A stretch of 64,000 nt of DNA from Phycisphaerae bacterium (GTDB taxonomy: Bacteria; Planctomycetota; Phycisphaerae; Phycisphaerales; UBA5793), in the NCBI GenBank assembly GCA_039794345.1, contig JBDIVQ010000004.1, positions 126 to 64,125 of the forward strand. The letters run 5' to 3'. Every line of letters begins with the position of its first letter. Within the stretch, counting starts at the first letter, position 1. The translations under genes were made by a program, and so were the position numbers. Below are positions 1 through 9,670 of this stretch, piece after piece. The notes beneath the pieces were generated by a model that saw only the letters and a program-made list of their open reading frames with translations, did no database searches and was not told the origin of the DNA.

Positions 1-2651
1 ATGCCTTCGGCGATCATGTGCCCCGCGACCTGGTACTCGATCCCCGTCCAGACTTCTTCCCGATAGCGCACGCCCTGCGCGAGGTACTTCGACTTCGGCC
101 AGGTGCAGGTGAACAGGCCCGCATCGCCCGGCCGCGCAAACCACCGCTCGGGCGGATGCTTCTCGTTCTGGGGCCGGACATCCGGCGCCCAGTTGTATTT
201 CCAGGTCGATTCGAGCGCGGTGCGCACGGCCTGCGGCGGATAGAGATACCCGAGGCCGAGCTGGTGCGCCCATCCCTGCCCGAAGAGTTGATCGGAGAGG
301 CACCCCTGCCCGTACTGATCGCGAGGATGCGAGTCGAGATCGACGGCCTGGATGAAATACTCGCCGTTGAAGAGGCGCTGCATCGTGAGGTCGCGGCCGC
401 GCTCGAACGCGGCGCCGCAGCGTCGGGCGAGCGCTTCATCGCCGGCGGCAACCGCCATCTCCTCCCCCGCCCGCAGCGCCGCGAGGTAGAGCGATCCGAC
501 GAACGTATTGGGGCCGAAGAAATCGATGTCGTAGGTGTTGTGCTGGCTGTTTTCGATCAGCCCGTCCTCATCGCCATCCTGCTTGAGCGCAAAGAGCAGG
601 ACCTTGCGGATACTCGGCCAGTTGCGCTTGAGGAACGCGTCGTCGGCCGACATCAGATGTTCGCGGTAACACTTGAGCACCGTGCCGGCCTGGCCGTCGG
701 CGGCGTAGGCGCCGTTGCGCTCGCCGCGGAATCCCACCAGCCCGTCCTCGTGCAGGGCGGCGTCGAGATCCTGCATCTCGCGCACGGAGCGTTCGAGTTC
801 CGGAAAGAGGCGGGCCATGGCGTGGGCGTAGTTCCACACGTGCGTGCAGGTGCCCGAGCAGCAGCCGACGCCCTCCCACGCCCAGAAGCGGCCGCTCTTC
901 CACCACTGGCACGTGCCTGTGGCGAGGTTGGCGACGGTCGAGTGCAGGCGCTCGAGGAGCCAGTGGGGGAGGGTGCTCTCGTCGTAGAACGTCTTCACCC
1001 AGAGGCGCGTCTGCTCCGTCAGCCGCGTGAAGTTGTCGAAGACATAGGTCGCGACGGCCGGCGCATCGGCGAAGCGGTTGGCGTACTGCTGCCCCACGCC
1101 GGGGCGATTGGGGAAGTGCCACGCGAGGACGAAGGAAAAAGTGTGCGAAGCGCCGGGCGCCAGTTCAACCGAGTCGGCCTGCAATCCGAGCGAGTGGCGC
1201 TCGGCGACATCGCAGGTGAAGTTGCAGTTGGAGATCGCCGCGGCCGCGTCCACGAGTTTCCCCGCCGACCGCGCGACATCCGCATCGCCGACGAAAGGCC
1301 CGTCGTACATAAGCGCCATCGTGCCGAAGTCATCGAGTTGCTCCAGCGGGCCTCCGGGGCCGAAGCGCGGCTCGTCGGCAAGTTCGATCTGGTCGATGTT
1401 GATGTGGCCCCACCCGCCCGAGTGCGCATCGACGATCTCAAGGCGCGCCGCGCGCCCGGCAAACTCGCGCACATTCCACGACAGCCAGCGGAGGCGCTCT
1501 TCGTTCCACCCCGTCGCGGCGCGCACGCTCTTGCCGTCGATGAGCAGGTTGATGCAGACTTCCCCCGCGTGGGCCCCGCCGCCGATGAGAAAGTTGATGT
1601 GATTGCGGGTGATCTCGAAAACGGGGCTGGTGAGTCTGCCCTTCGGCCCATCGCCGCCGAGATAGGTGTTGACGAGCCCCTGGCCCTGAAAGCCGCTGAC
1701 GCGCTGCTGGTTGGGCAGTGTGCCCCGCGCGGGCGCTGCGCCGAACGCCTCGCCCTCCGCCGTCCACGGCCCGTAGTCCGCGCCTTCAAAGTCAGCGAGA
1801 ACGATCGGCTCGCGCACCGGCTCATCCGCCCTGGGCAGCGGCGCGACGGAGTGCATGATCGCCCCGCGACCCTTGCGCGACTCCACCCTGCTCACACGCT
1901 GCGCGCGCAGGAATCGGGCGTTGTGGAAGCACACCGCGTTCTCAAGCCACGTCAGCACGCCGACAGAGATGACCCTCTCCGACGTGTTGCGCACCGTCAG
2001 GTTGAAGATCGTCGCGGGCAGCGCGCTGTCGGGCGCGTTGAGCGGGATGAACGGCGAGAACGCCTCAAGCCGCGCCGCCACGGGGCAATCAGGATCAGCG
2101 TAATCAACAGTGCCGATCGGATAGCGGCCGGCGAAGGCGACATCGGCAAACCCCGCCCGCGACATGCGGGCAATGGCGTTGACGCCGCGATCATCGATGA
2201 CCAGCGCGAATCCCTGCTCGACGGGCGCCGCGGGCGGCGGCTGGTCGTAGTTGTCGCGCCCGTAGCCGCTGAAGTAAGGCTGGTTGAAGATCTGCCAGCA
2301 GCCGAGCGTGCCGTCGCCGAGGAGGTAAAGTTGCCCGGCCGCGACGCCGCCGACGGGCATGCCGATGAAGTTGAGTTCCTCGCCGCGGCAGAGTCGCGCC
2401 TCGCCGCGCTGCATGAGCGCCGCGAGCCACTGCGGCGCGAGTTTCTTGTCGGCGGGCACGAAGTGAGCGATGCCGCCATCAGGCTGCGCGAACGGCCCGG
2501 CCATCACCGCGCGACTGAGGCCCGGTAGTGAGAGTGCCGTCAATCCGGCCCCGGCAGTGTGCAGAAAGTCGCGTCGAGTGACTTCGCTGGAGCATCCGTT
2601 TCCGCAACCGCACGGACTCGGGCGCTGCTGACTCGGCCCAGTCGAGTTCAT
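1..2651 (-). CDS. Glycoside hydrolase family 116 (GBA2-type beta-glucosidase/glucosylceramidase), Tat-exported; 3' end lies beyond the window
   Basis: Absent from the ORF track because it is open to the window edge. Hand translation of the minus strand from ATG 2651 stays open to base 1. It begins MNSTGPSQQRPSPCGCGNGCSSEVTRRDFLHTAGAGL (twin-arginine signal). It contains WEGVGCCSGTCTHVWNYAHAMARLFPELE and SDQLFGQGWAHQLGL, which I recognise as GH116 catalytic-domain hallmarks. The plus-strand ORF 18..2528 is its antisense shadow. Confidence 0.85.
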   Translation of the reverse strand, partial: MNSTGPSQQRPSPCGCGNGCSSEVTRRDFLHTAGAGLTALSLPGLSRAVMAGPFAQPDGGIAHFVPADKKLAPQWLAALMQRGEARLCRGEELNFIGMPVGGVAAGQLYLLGDGTLGCWQIFNQPYFSGYGRDNYDQPPPAAPVEQGFALVIDDRGVNAIARMSRAGFADVAFAGRYPIGTVDYADPDCPVAARLEAFSPFIPLNAPDSALPATIFNLTVRNTSERVISVGVLTWLENAVCFHNARFLRAQRVSRVESRKGRGAIMHSVAPLPRADEPVREPIVLADFEGADYGPWTAEGEAFGAAPARGTLPNQQRVSGFQGQGLVNTYLGGDGPKGRLTSPVFEITRNHINFLIGGGAHAGEVCINLLIDGKSVRAATGWNEERLRWLSWNVREFAGRAARLEIVDAHSGGWGHINIDQIELADEPRFGPGGPLEQLDDFGTMALMYDGPFVGDADVARSAGKLVDAAAAISNCNFTCDVAERHSLGLQADSVELAPGASHTFSFVLAWHFPNRPGVGQQYANRFADAPAVATYVFDNFTRLTEQTRLWVKTFYDESTLPHWLLERLHSTVANLATGTCQWWKSGRFWAWEGVGCCSGTCTHVWNYAHAMARLFPELERSVREMQDLDAALHEDGLVGFRGERNGAYAADGQAGTVLKCYREHLMSADDAFLKRNWPSIRKVLLFALKQDGDEDGLIENSQHNTYDIDFFGPNTFVGSLYLAALRAGEEMAVAAGDEALARRCGAAFERGRDLTMQRLFNGEYFIQAVDLDSHPRDQYGQGCLSDQLFGQGWAHQLGLGYLYPPQAVRTALESTWKYNWAPDVRPQNEKHPPERWFARPGDAGLFTCTWPKSKYLAQGVRYREEVWTGIEYQVAGHMIAEG

Positions 2652-2687
2652 TGGTTTCACAGCCACCTCGATCACTGGAGTGGAGGA

Positions 2688-3686
2688 TCAGCCGATCGGT
2701 TCGCCTCCCGAATCGACATTTTCCTTTGTGAAGACGCGCGAGCCGAGGGTGATCTCTTTGGGAACCGACTCGCCGCGCAGGATCTTCAGGGCCGCGTCGA
2801 TCGCCTCGGCGCCGCCGGTTGGATACTGGAAGGTCGCATCGAGAATGCCCTGCGTGACATAGAGCACTCCCTCGTGCGGCAGGGCGTCGATGCCGACGAA
2901 CTTGATTTTGTCGGCGCGGCCCGCGGCCTTCGCGGCCAGCCAGGCGCCGTGCGCGCCGGGATCGTTGTGCGCGTAGACGAGGTCGATCTGGTCGAAGCGC
3001 GACAGGGCTGACTCCATCTCCTTGCGGGCGTCGGGTTCGAGCCACTTCATATCCGCCTCAAAGATGATGTTGATCTGCGAGTCTTTGATGGCTTCGCGGA
3101 AGCCGGAGTGGCGATCCTGGCCGGGGGTCGAGGTCATGAGGCCCTTGAGTTCGACGACGTTGCCCTTGCCGCCCAGGACGCTCGCGATCCACTTGCCCGC
3201 TTCGCGGCCGATGAGCCGGTTGTCAGCGCCGATGAAGCAGGTGTAGTTGTCGCCGATCACGCGCCGGTCGAGCACAATGACGGGAATGCCGGCCTGCATC
3301 GCCTTGGCGACAGGCTCGGTGAGCGGCTGCGCCTCCTTGGGGCTGATGATGATCAGGTCCACGCCGGCGCTGATGAACTCCTCGACGTGGGAGCGCTGCT
3401 TGAGCGTGTCGTTCTGGGCGTCCTTGAAGATTATCTTCAGTTCGGGGTGCGCTTCGGCGGCGCGGCGGATGTCATCGTTCATCTGCACGCGCCAGGGTTC
3501 GCCGAGGTTGCACTGGCTCATGCCGATGGTGTAGGTCGCCTTCGCGGCCGGCGCGGCGGCTCCTTGCTCCTTCGAGTCGCTGTTCGCGGAGTTCGACGAG
3601 GTCTTCTTGCATCCGGCAAGGCAGACCAGCGCCAGCGCCGCCAGGGTCAACATATACCGCGCAGTTTTCAGTCGCATGTGCATCAC
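2688..3686 (-). CDS. Sugar ABC transporter substrate-binding lipoprotein (RbsB-like, periplasmic binding protein type I)
   Basis: 332 aa. Lipoprotein signal MRLKTARYMLTLAALALVCLAGCKK. Motifs GIPVIVLDRRV, FIGADN and DLVYAHNDPGA are typical of monosaccharide binders. Confidence 0.85.
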   Translation of the reverse strand: MMHMRLKTARYMLTLAALALVCLAGCKKTSSNSANSDSKEQGAAAPAAKATYTIGMSQCNLGEPWRVQMNDDIRRAAEAHPELKIIFKDAQNDTLKQRSHVEEFISAGVDLIIISPKEAQPLTEPVAKAMQAGIPVIVLDRRVIGDNYTCFIGADNRLIGREAGKWIASVLGGKGNVVELKGLMTSTPGQDRHSGFREAIKDSQINIIFEADMKWLEPDARKEMESALSRFDQIDLVYAHNDPGAHGAWLAAKAAGRADKIKFVGIDALPHEGVLYVTQGILDATFQYPTGGAEAIDAALKILRGESVPKEITLGSRVFTKENVDSGGEPIG

Positions 3687-3695
3687 CCTTCTCGT

Positions 3696-4736
3696 TCAAT
3701 GGTTCCGCCGCTGGAGGAGAACCGCGGCGATGATGATGACGGCCGTGAGCATCAGCCGGCTCGCCTCCGGCACGGCGTTGACGCTGAGTATCTTATCGAG
3801 GTAGCCGATGGTGAGCGTGCCGAGGAGGGTGAGGCCGATCCCCCCGCGCCCGCCCATGAGGCTCGTGCCGCCGATGACGACGATGGCGATGGCGGTGAGT
3901 TCATAGCCCAGCCCCGCTTCGGGATCGCCCTGCTGCTCCTGCGCCGCCTGGCACAGACCCGCGACGGCCGCGAAGACGCCCGCGAGGGCATAGGCCATGA
4001 CCTTCATCGCCGCAACCGGCACGCCGGAGAGTCGCGCCGCCTCTTCGTTGCCGCCGATGGCGTAGAGGTAGCGCCCCCAGCGCAGGCGCGACAGGATGAT
4101 CCACGACAGGACGATGCACGAGAGGAAGATCAGGCTCACGACGGAGACGTTGTCGCCCAGAAGGCGCGAGTCGATGAGGCGGAAGATGCCGGGAACCGGC
4201 GCCGCAGTCCATGAGCCGTCCGCCTGCTGGACGGCCGTGGAGACTTTCATTCCCCCGCTGAGAGTCTTCGCCAGGCCGCGCGCGAAGACCATCATCGCGA
4301 GCGTGACGATAAAGGGCTGGATGCGCCACTTCGCCACGACCAGGCCCGACGCCGCTCCGCACGCGCCGCCGAGCGCCAGGCACGCCGGCACGGCCAGCCA
4401 GGGCGGCCACGCCTCGTGGATGCTCAGGGTGGAGAACGTCACCGCGACCAGACCCAGCACGCTGCCAACCGAGAGGTCGATTCCCGCGGTGATGATGACG
4501 AAGGTCATGCCGCAGGCGAGAATGCCGTAGACCGAGGCCTGGCGCAGGGCGTCGCGGTGGGTGGTCCATTTGTGGAATGCGCCGTCGCCCGAGAAGAGGA
4601 AACCGAGGGCGAGGACGAAGCACAGCGCCAGCAGCGCCGTCGCCGTCGGGCTTGCGAGCAAGGCGCGAAGCGGGGCAGTGGTGGAGCGCGGCGCTGCGGC
4701 GAACGCTTCGGACTCTTCGGTGCGCCCTTCACTCAT
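3696..4736 (-). CDS. Sugar ABC transporter permease (RbsC/AraH family)
   Basis: 346 aa polytopic membrane protein with ITAGIDLSVGSVLGL. Its start overlaps the upstream ATPase stop by 8 nt. Confidence 0.85.
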   Translation of the reverse strand: MSEGRTEESEAFAAAPRSTTAPLRALLASPTATALLALCFVLALGFLFSGDGAFHKWTTHRDALRQASVYGILACGMTFVIITAGIDLSVGSVLGLVAVTFSTLSIHEAWPPWLAVPACLALGGACGAASGLVVAKWRIQPFIVTLAMMVFARGLAKTLSGGMKVSTAVQQADGSWTAAPVPGIFRLIDSRLLGDNVSVVSLIFLSCIVLSWIILSRLRWGRYLYAIGGNEEAARLSGVPVAAMKVMAYALAGVFAAVAGLCQAAQEQQGDPEAGLGYELTAIAIVVIGGTSLMGGRGGIGLTLLGTLTIGYLDKILSVNAVPEASRLMLTAVIIIAAVLLQRRNH

Positions 4737-6282
4737 CGGCTGCGTGCCCCATCGCCGCGCGCAGGAGATCGGCGGCCGTCGCCTGCCCGCCGCGGAATAG
4801 AGCGGCCACGCGTCCGCGGTGCATCACCATAATGCGATCGCTGACCTGAAGCAATTCCGGCCACTCGGAGGAACTGAGGATAATGCTGCATCCGCGGGCG
4901 CTCCACTCGTTCATGAGCAGGTAGATTTCATGCTTGGCGCCGACATCGACGCCGCGCGTCGGCTCGTCGAGCAGGAGGATGCGCGGGTCGGTCGCCATCC
5001 ACTTGGCGAGGACGATTTTCTGCTGGTTGCCGCCCGAGAGGGTGGAGACACACTGGCGCAGCGAGGCGCAGCGGAGACGGAGTTGGCCGGCGATCCGCGC
5101 GGTCTGCGCGACCTCCTCCCGGCGCCGCAGCCAGCCGAGGGGGTTGAGGCGCGGCAGGGCCGCGAGCGTGGCGTTCTCGACGACATCCATCGAGAGCACC
5201 AGACCGGATCGCCGTCGATCGTTGGTGACCAGGGCGATGCCCATCTCGATCGCGGCGCGCGGCGAGGTCGGTCGCGCGGGGCGGCCGTCAATCTCCATTT
5301 CAACCTCGGCGCGCCGGCCGAGGGCGCCGAAGAGCGCCCAGAGCACCTCGCTCACGCCGGCGCCTTCCAGCCCCGTGAGGCCGAGAATCTCGCCGCGCCG
5401 AACCTCGAGCGGCGCATCCTCGACCACGGGCCGCCGGCCCGCCGCACCGGCGCGCACGCGGCAGCGGCGCACGCACAGAAGCACTTCTCCCTCGCTCGAC
5501 GGGCGCCGCGGCGCCTGCTCGCCGATGCTGCGCCCGACCATCAGGCGGACGAGTTCGCCCGCCGGCAGTTCGTGCGCCGCGCGCGTCGCGACCAGTCCCC
5601 CGTCGCGCAGAACGGAGATGCGGTCGGCCAGGGCGTAGATCTCCTCGAGCCGATGCGTGATGTAAATGACCCCGCAGCCCTGCGACTTGAGATCGGCGAT
5701 GCGCGCGAAGAGGCGGCGGACTTCAGGCTCGCTCAGCGCGCTGGTCGGCTCGTCCATCACAATGATCCGCGCGCCCAGCGAGAGCGCCTTGGCGATCTCC
5801 ACGAGTTGCTGCGAGGAAATCGGCAGCGATCCCACCGGCCGACGGGGATCGAGACGGAGTCCGACGCGCTCAAGCGCCCCCCGCGCCCGGCCCAGCGCGG
5901 CGCGGCGGTCGATCCACCCGGCGCGAGACGGTTCGTGGCCGAGAAGCAGGTTGTCCGCGACGGACATCGGGCCGACGAGAGAGAGTTCCTGGTGGATGAT
6001 CGCAATGCCGTGCTGTCTCGCGTCGCGGGGCCGGCGGAAGCGCACGGGCCGACCTTCGATCGCGATCGTTCCCTCATCAGCCGCGAGCGCGCCTCCGAGG
6101 ATGCGCATCAGCGTGCTCTTGCCGGCGCCGTTCTCTCCGGCGAGGACGTGCACTTCGCCGGCTGCAAGTTCGAGATCCACTTCCCGGAGCACCTGCTGCG
6201 CGCCGAACGCCCGGGAGATCCGCGACATCCGCAGGAGCGAAGGCGTCGGCGTGCAGGGCGGCGATGCGGCCATGAAGATCAT
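4729..6282 (-). CDS. Sugar ABC transporter ATP-binding protein with two ABC cassettes (RbsA-like)
   Basis: 517 aa. First cassette: GENGAGKSTLMRIL, SSQQLVEIAKAL, IIVMDEPTSAL. Second cassette: LSGGNQQK, LLLDEPTRGVD. The true start may be an internal Met (MSRISRAF). Confidence 0.9.
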   Translation of the reverse strand: MIFMAASPPCTPTPSLLRMSRISRAFGAQQVLREVDLELAAGEVHVLAGENGAGKSTLMRILGGALAADEGTIAIEGRPVRFRRPRDARQHGIAIIHQELSLVGPMSVADNLLLGHEPSRAGWIDRRAALGRARGALERVGLRLDPRRPVGSLPISSQQLVEIAKALSLGARIIVMDEPTSALSEPEVRRLFARIADLKSQGCGVIYITHRLEEIYALADRISVLRDGGLVATRAAHELPAGELVRLMVGRSIGEQAPRRPSSEGEVLLCVRRCRVRAGAAGRRPVVEDAPLEVRRGEILGLTGLEGAGVSEVLWALFGALGRRAEVEMEIDGRPARPTSPRAAIEMGIALVTNDRRRSGLVLSMDVVENATLAALPRLNPLGWLRRREEVAQTARIAGQLRLRCASLRQCVSTLSGGNQQKIVLAKWMATDPRILLLDEPTRGVDVGAKHEIYLLMNEWSARGCSIILSSSEWPELLQVSDRIMVMHRGRVAALFRGGQATAADLLRAAMGHAADE

Positions 6283-6327
6283 GCTACGCGCCGATTCCGC
6301 CGGACGATCGAGATAGACTGACCATCA

Positions 6328-7374
6328 ATGAAAGCGATGCCCATCGACCTTCGCTCCGACACCGTCACCCGGCCGACCGCCGCGATGCGCGCCGCGATGG
6401 CCGCCGCCGATGTCGGCGATGATCAGTTCGGCGAAGATCCCGCCATCAACGCGCTGCAGGAGCGAGTCGCCTCGCTGCTGGGCAAGGAAGCGGCGCTGTG
6501 GCTCCCCACTGGGACCATGGCGAACCAGGTCGCGCTTCGGCTGCTCACGCGGCCCGGCGACGACGTCATCGTCAGCCGCCAATGCCACGCCGTCTGGCAC
6601 GAAACGGGCGCCTCGGGCGCCAACGCCGGCGTGCAGTTTACGGAGGTCGGCAGCGGAGGCGTCTTCACGAGCGAGGAGTTTGCCGCCGCCTGCAAGCCGC
6701 GAGGCCACGTCGTCTATCCTCCGACCACGCTCGTCGAGATCGAAAGCACGCACAATCGCGCGGGCGGCGTTGTGTTTCCGCAGCGCGAGGCCGTGCGCAT
6801 CTGTTCGGAAGCGCGGCGGCGCGGCATTGCGACCTATCTCGACGGCGCGCGGCTGTGGAACGCGGCCGTGGCGACCGGGTCGTCATTGGCCGATCTGGCG
6901 GCGCCCTTTGATCTTGCCTCGGTCGCATTCTCAAAGGGACTCGGCGCGCCAGGCGGATCGGCCCTGGCGGGTTCGCGCGAGTTGATGACGCGAGCGGTCC
7001 GATGTCGGCGGATGCTCGGCGGCGCGATGCGTCAGGTCGGCATCTTCGCCGCCGCCGCCCTTTACGCGATAGATCACCACGTGGATCGGCTCGCGGAGGA
7101 CCACGCCAACGCGGCTCGCATCGCGGAAGTGCTCGCCGAAAACCGGCGCATTCTTCTCGATCCCGCGGCCGTGCAGACCAACATCCTCATCTTCGATCTG
7201 GCCGCCGAAGCGCCCGACGCGGCGACTGTGGTGGCCCGGGCGCTCGAGCAGGGCGTCCTCATCTTCGCTTTCGGCCCGCGCACCATCCGGGCCGTGACTC
7301 ATCTCGACGTCTCGCGCGAGCAGTGCGAGCGCGCTGCCCGCTTGCTGGCCAGCATCATCTCCGAATCACGTTGA
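6328..7374 (+). CDS. ltaE: Low-specificity L-threonine aldolase (PLP, beta-eliminating lyase family)
   Basis: 348 aa. [48 protein letters not shown] and [11 protein letters not shown] (PLP lysine context). Confidence 0.85.
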   Translation: MKAMPIDLRSDTVTRPTAAMRAAMAAADVGDDQFGEDPAINALQERVASLLGKEAALWLPTGTMANQVALRLLTRPGDDVIVSRQCHAVWHETGASGANAGVQFTEVGSGGVFTSEEFAAACKPRGHVVYPPTTLVEIESTHNRAGGVVFPQREAVRICSEARRRGIATYLDGARLWNAAVATGSSLADLAAPFDLASVAFSKGLGAPGGSALAGSRELMTRAVRCRRMLGGAMRQVGIFAAAALYAIDHHVDRLAEDHANAARIAEVLAENRRILLDPAAVQTNILIFDLAAEAPDAATVVARALEQGVLIFAFGPRTIRAVTHLDVSREQCERAARLLASIISESR

Positions 7375-7400
7375 TCACCACCATGCCGGCGCGGCGTGCG

Positions 7401-8852
7401 TCATACCGATCGGGCGCGGCTGATCGAGGCGGGGCGCCCGTGCCGTGAAGACCGCTTTGCCGGGCGACGTTGCCGATGCGCTGACCCCTCCCGCAGCACC
7501 GGGATGATCGCGAACGCCCACGAGATGCTGACCCAGAGAATCCCCGCTGCCAATGCGGCGCCGAAAGTGAGGAACAAATCGGGGAAGAGGTTGAGCGCCC
7601 GGGGAGGCGCCGGCGCGACCGGACCCATGTAGCGCAGGTAGCCGTCGATCAGTCCCTTGCACCACAGCATCACGACGAGAATGAGCATCCAGACGTTAAT
7701 CCAGGCGAAAGTCCAGGACGTCCATCGGGCCCGAGCGGCGCGCCGGTCCGCAGGCGCGAGATGCGCCATGACGTACCGCAGCGCGGCCCAGAGAATCATC
7801 GAATCGATTCCGAGCATGCTGCCCATGGCGTGTCCGACCACGAAGTGCGTGCCGTGAATGAGCGTGTTGACCGGAGGGACGGAGATGATCACCGCCGCCC
7901 CCACGTGGAGGAACGACCAGATCGAGGCGAAGGTCACGAGCAGGCGCACGCTGCCATCCCCCTCGCCCCGCGTCCGGCGGACCGACCGAAGGCAGGCGAG
8001 GACGTTGAGCAGGTACTTGACGACGAGGACCGCTTCCGCGAGGCTGACGATGCAACTCACCCACTTGATGAGGTGCGACTGCGGGAGGTGGTAGGTGTGG
8101 TGTCCGTAGTTCGTGAAACTGTTGAGCAGCCCCAGAAACAACAGGGCGAAAGCCGTGTTCGAGCGGGCCGGCCGCTCGTCCCCGCTCAGCCGGCAGGCGA
8201 GGTAGGCCATCGAGCCGTAGACCAGCAGGTTGAAACTCCCCACGAGCGGACCGTACGACTTCCACTGCACCGCGATGTCGCGCAGGGGCGCTGCGCCGAT
8301 GCGCTCGAGCATCCAGGCGTGCCCCTCCGCGAAGGCGAAGAGAAAGAGCAGCACCGCCGTGTGCCACATGTAGATGTACACGGGCTTGCGAGCCAGTGAC
8401 CATCCCTCCACGCTGAAGTAGTTCCAGGCGAAGAGAATCCACCCGGCGTAGATGAACACCGACCACGACCAGTGCGCCCCCATGTACTCGCGGCCGGAGA
8501 ACTGTCCGTTCCACAGGCTGACCATGATCCCAGCGCCCGCGACGATCCAGAGCAGCAGTTGCGCCTTGAGCCGGAGCATGAACCCTCGCGGCGCCTCCTG
8601 GAAACGCGAGAAGAGGTGGAAGTAGACGACCGTCACCCCGCCGAGGAAGATCCACGCGGCGGCGAAGGTCGTGTGAAGCGGGCGCAGGTGCTGAAGCGTC
8701 AAGCCGATGGAGGAGCGGTGCTCCGGCCGGTAGGAATGCGCCGCCACCGTGCCGAAGAGGATGGCGAGCGTGCTGCAGCACAGCGCGCACAACAGCAGCG
8801 CCGCCAGCGCCCGTCGTCCCGTCGGCGTCAGGGATTCGGGTACTCGAACCAT
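7401..8852 (-). CDS. Haem-copper oxidase superfamily subunit I-like membrane protein (cbb3/NOR-related, divergent)
   Basis: 483 aa, about 12 TM helices. LRPLHTTF (helix II His, like CcoN RLRPLHT), AEGHAWM (helix VI His), NYGHHTYH (helix VII HH), HGTHFVVGHAMG (helix X). ATG 8852 overlaps the cytochrome c gene by 25 nt. O2-reducing versus NO-reducing function cannot be decided from the sequence. Confidence 0.7.
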   Translation of the reverse strand: MVRVPESLTPTGRRALAALLLCALCCSTLAILFGTVAAHSYRPEHRSSIGLTLQHLRPLHTTFAAAWIFLGGVTVVYFHLFSRFQEAPRGFMLRLKAQLLLWIVAGAGIMVSLWNGQFSGREYMGAHWSWSVFIYAGWILFAWNYFSVEGWSLARKPVYIYMWHTAVLLFLFAFAEGHAWMLERIGAAPLRDIAVQWKSYGPLVGSFNLLVYGSMAYLACRLSGDERPARSNTAFALLFLGLLNSFTNYGHHTYHLPQSHLIKWVSCIVSLAEAVLVVKYLLNVLACLRSVRRTRGEGDGSVRLLVTFASIWSFLHVGAAVIISVPPVNTLIHGTHFVVGHAMGSMLGIDSMILWAALRYVMAHLAPADRRAARARWTSWTFAWINVWMLILVVMLWCKGLIDGYLRYMGPVAPAPPRALNLFPDLFLTFGAALAAGILWVSISWAFAIIPVLREGSAHRQRRPAKRSSRHGRPASISRARSV

Positions 8853-9670
8853 GGCACCGCGGACCAGCGGAAGTCCGTTCCCTTCTCACGTTGCGACACG
8901 AAGATCCCCAGCTCCCGGCGGCGGGCGCTCATCCACTCCAGCGCCTCGATCATCTCTTCGACCTCGCGCTCGGACAGGTGCGGGAAGGCGGGCATGATTC
9001 CCTTGCTTTCGAGAATGGCCCGCTTCGCCTCGATCCGCGAGGTGCGCGACATCATCGTCGTCGGGTCCGGCGCGCCGCGAAGGCCGACGGCGAAGGGCAC
9101 GTGGCATGCGCCGCAGGCGTTGGCCCGCAGGAGCGCATCGCCTCGCAGCACCGCCGGCGGCGCCGTTTCGCCGGCCGCCTCCAGAGAGTCGGGAATGAGC
9201 CGGGCCAGATCGGCATCGCGCCGCACAGCAGTCAACTGCGGAATCGCCAGGCCGGTGCGGTCGACTTCCGAGAGAAACGCCATGATCGCCTCACGCTGCT
9301 CCTCATCGAAGCCGAAGGCGGGCATCTGCCTGCGTCCCTCGACCAGCACGTCGGTGAAGTCCTCCTCGGGTCGGCGGCTCAGCAGGTTCGTGAGGTCCGG
9401 GCCGAGGAATCCGCCGAAACCGTGAATCTGGTGGCAGACCTGGCAGTTGTTGGCGCGCCAGATCGCCAGCCCGCGCTGCGCCGCCGGCGAGAGCGGCGCC
9501 GCCACCTCGGCGTGCCGCGGATCAAAGTACACCAGCCCCGTCTGCGCAAAGAACGCCGTGAACAACAGCAGATAGACCCACTGTCGCCAGTCGGCCGCGC
9601 GCTTCGGGGTGGGCGGCGTCCCGTCCGGCTCCCTCGAATCGCCGGTGCTGATCAGCGGCCGGGTGCTCAC
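8828..9670 (-). CDS. Membrane-anchored dihaem cytochrome c (NorC/CcoO-like first domain)
   Basis: 280 aa. N-terminal TM WVYLLLFTAFFAQTGLVYF. Two haem c sites, CQVCH and CGACH, each with a downstream MPAF. The first domain, CQVCHQIHGFGGFLGPDLT, resembles NorC/CcoO. GTG start 9670 overlaps the upstream stop (GTGA). Confidence 0.8.
   Translation of the reverse strand: MSTRPLISTGDSREPDGTPPTPKRAADWRQWVYLLLFTAFFAQTGLVYFDPRHAEVAAPLSPAAQRGLAIWRANNCQVCHQIHGFGGFLGPDLTNLLSRRPEEDFTDVLVEGRRQMPAFGFDEEQREAIMAFLSEVDRTGLAIPQLTAVRRDADLARLIPDSLEAAGETAPPAVLRGDALLRANACGACHVPFAVGLRGAPDPTTMMSRTSRIEAKRAILESKGIMPAFPHLSEREVEEMIEALEWMSARRRELGIFVSQREKGTDFRWSAVPWFEYPNP

Noticed and set aside
18-2528. 836-aa plus-strand ORF, the longest listed ORF in the first 2.6 kb
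   Set aside because: Its translation is Arg/Ala/Glu/Val-rich and poor in Lys/Asn/Trp, with no recognisable motif. The opposite strand gives a motif-perfect GH116 open to the window edge. This is a typical antisense shadow ORF of high-GC DNA.
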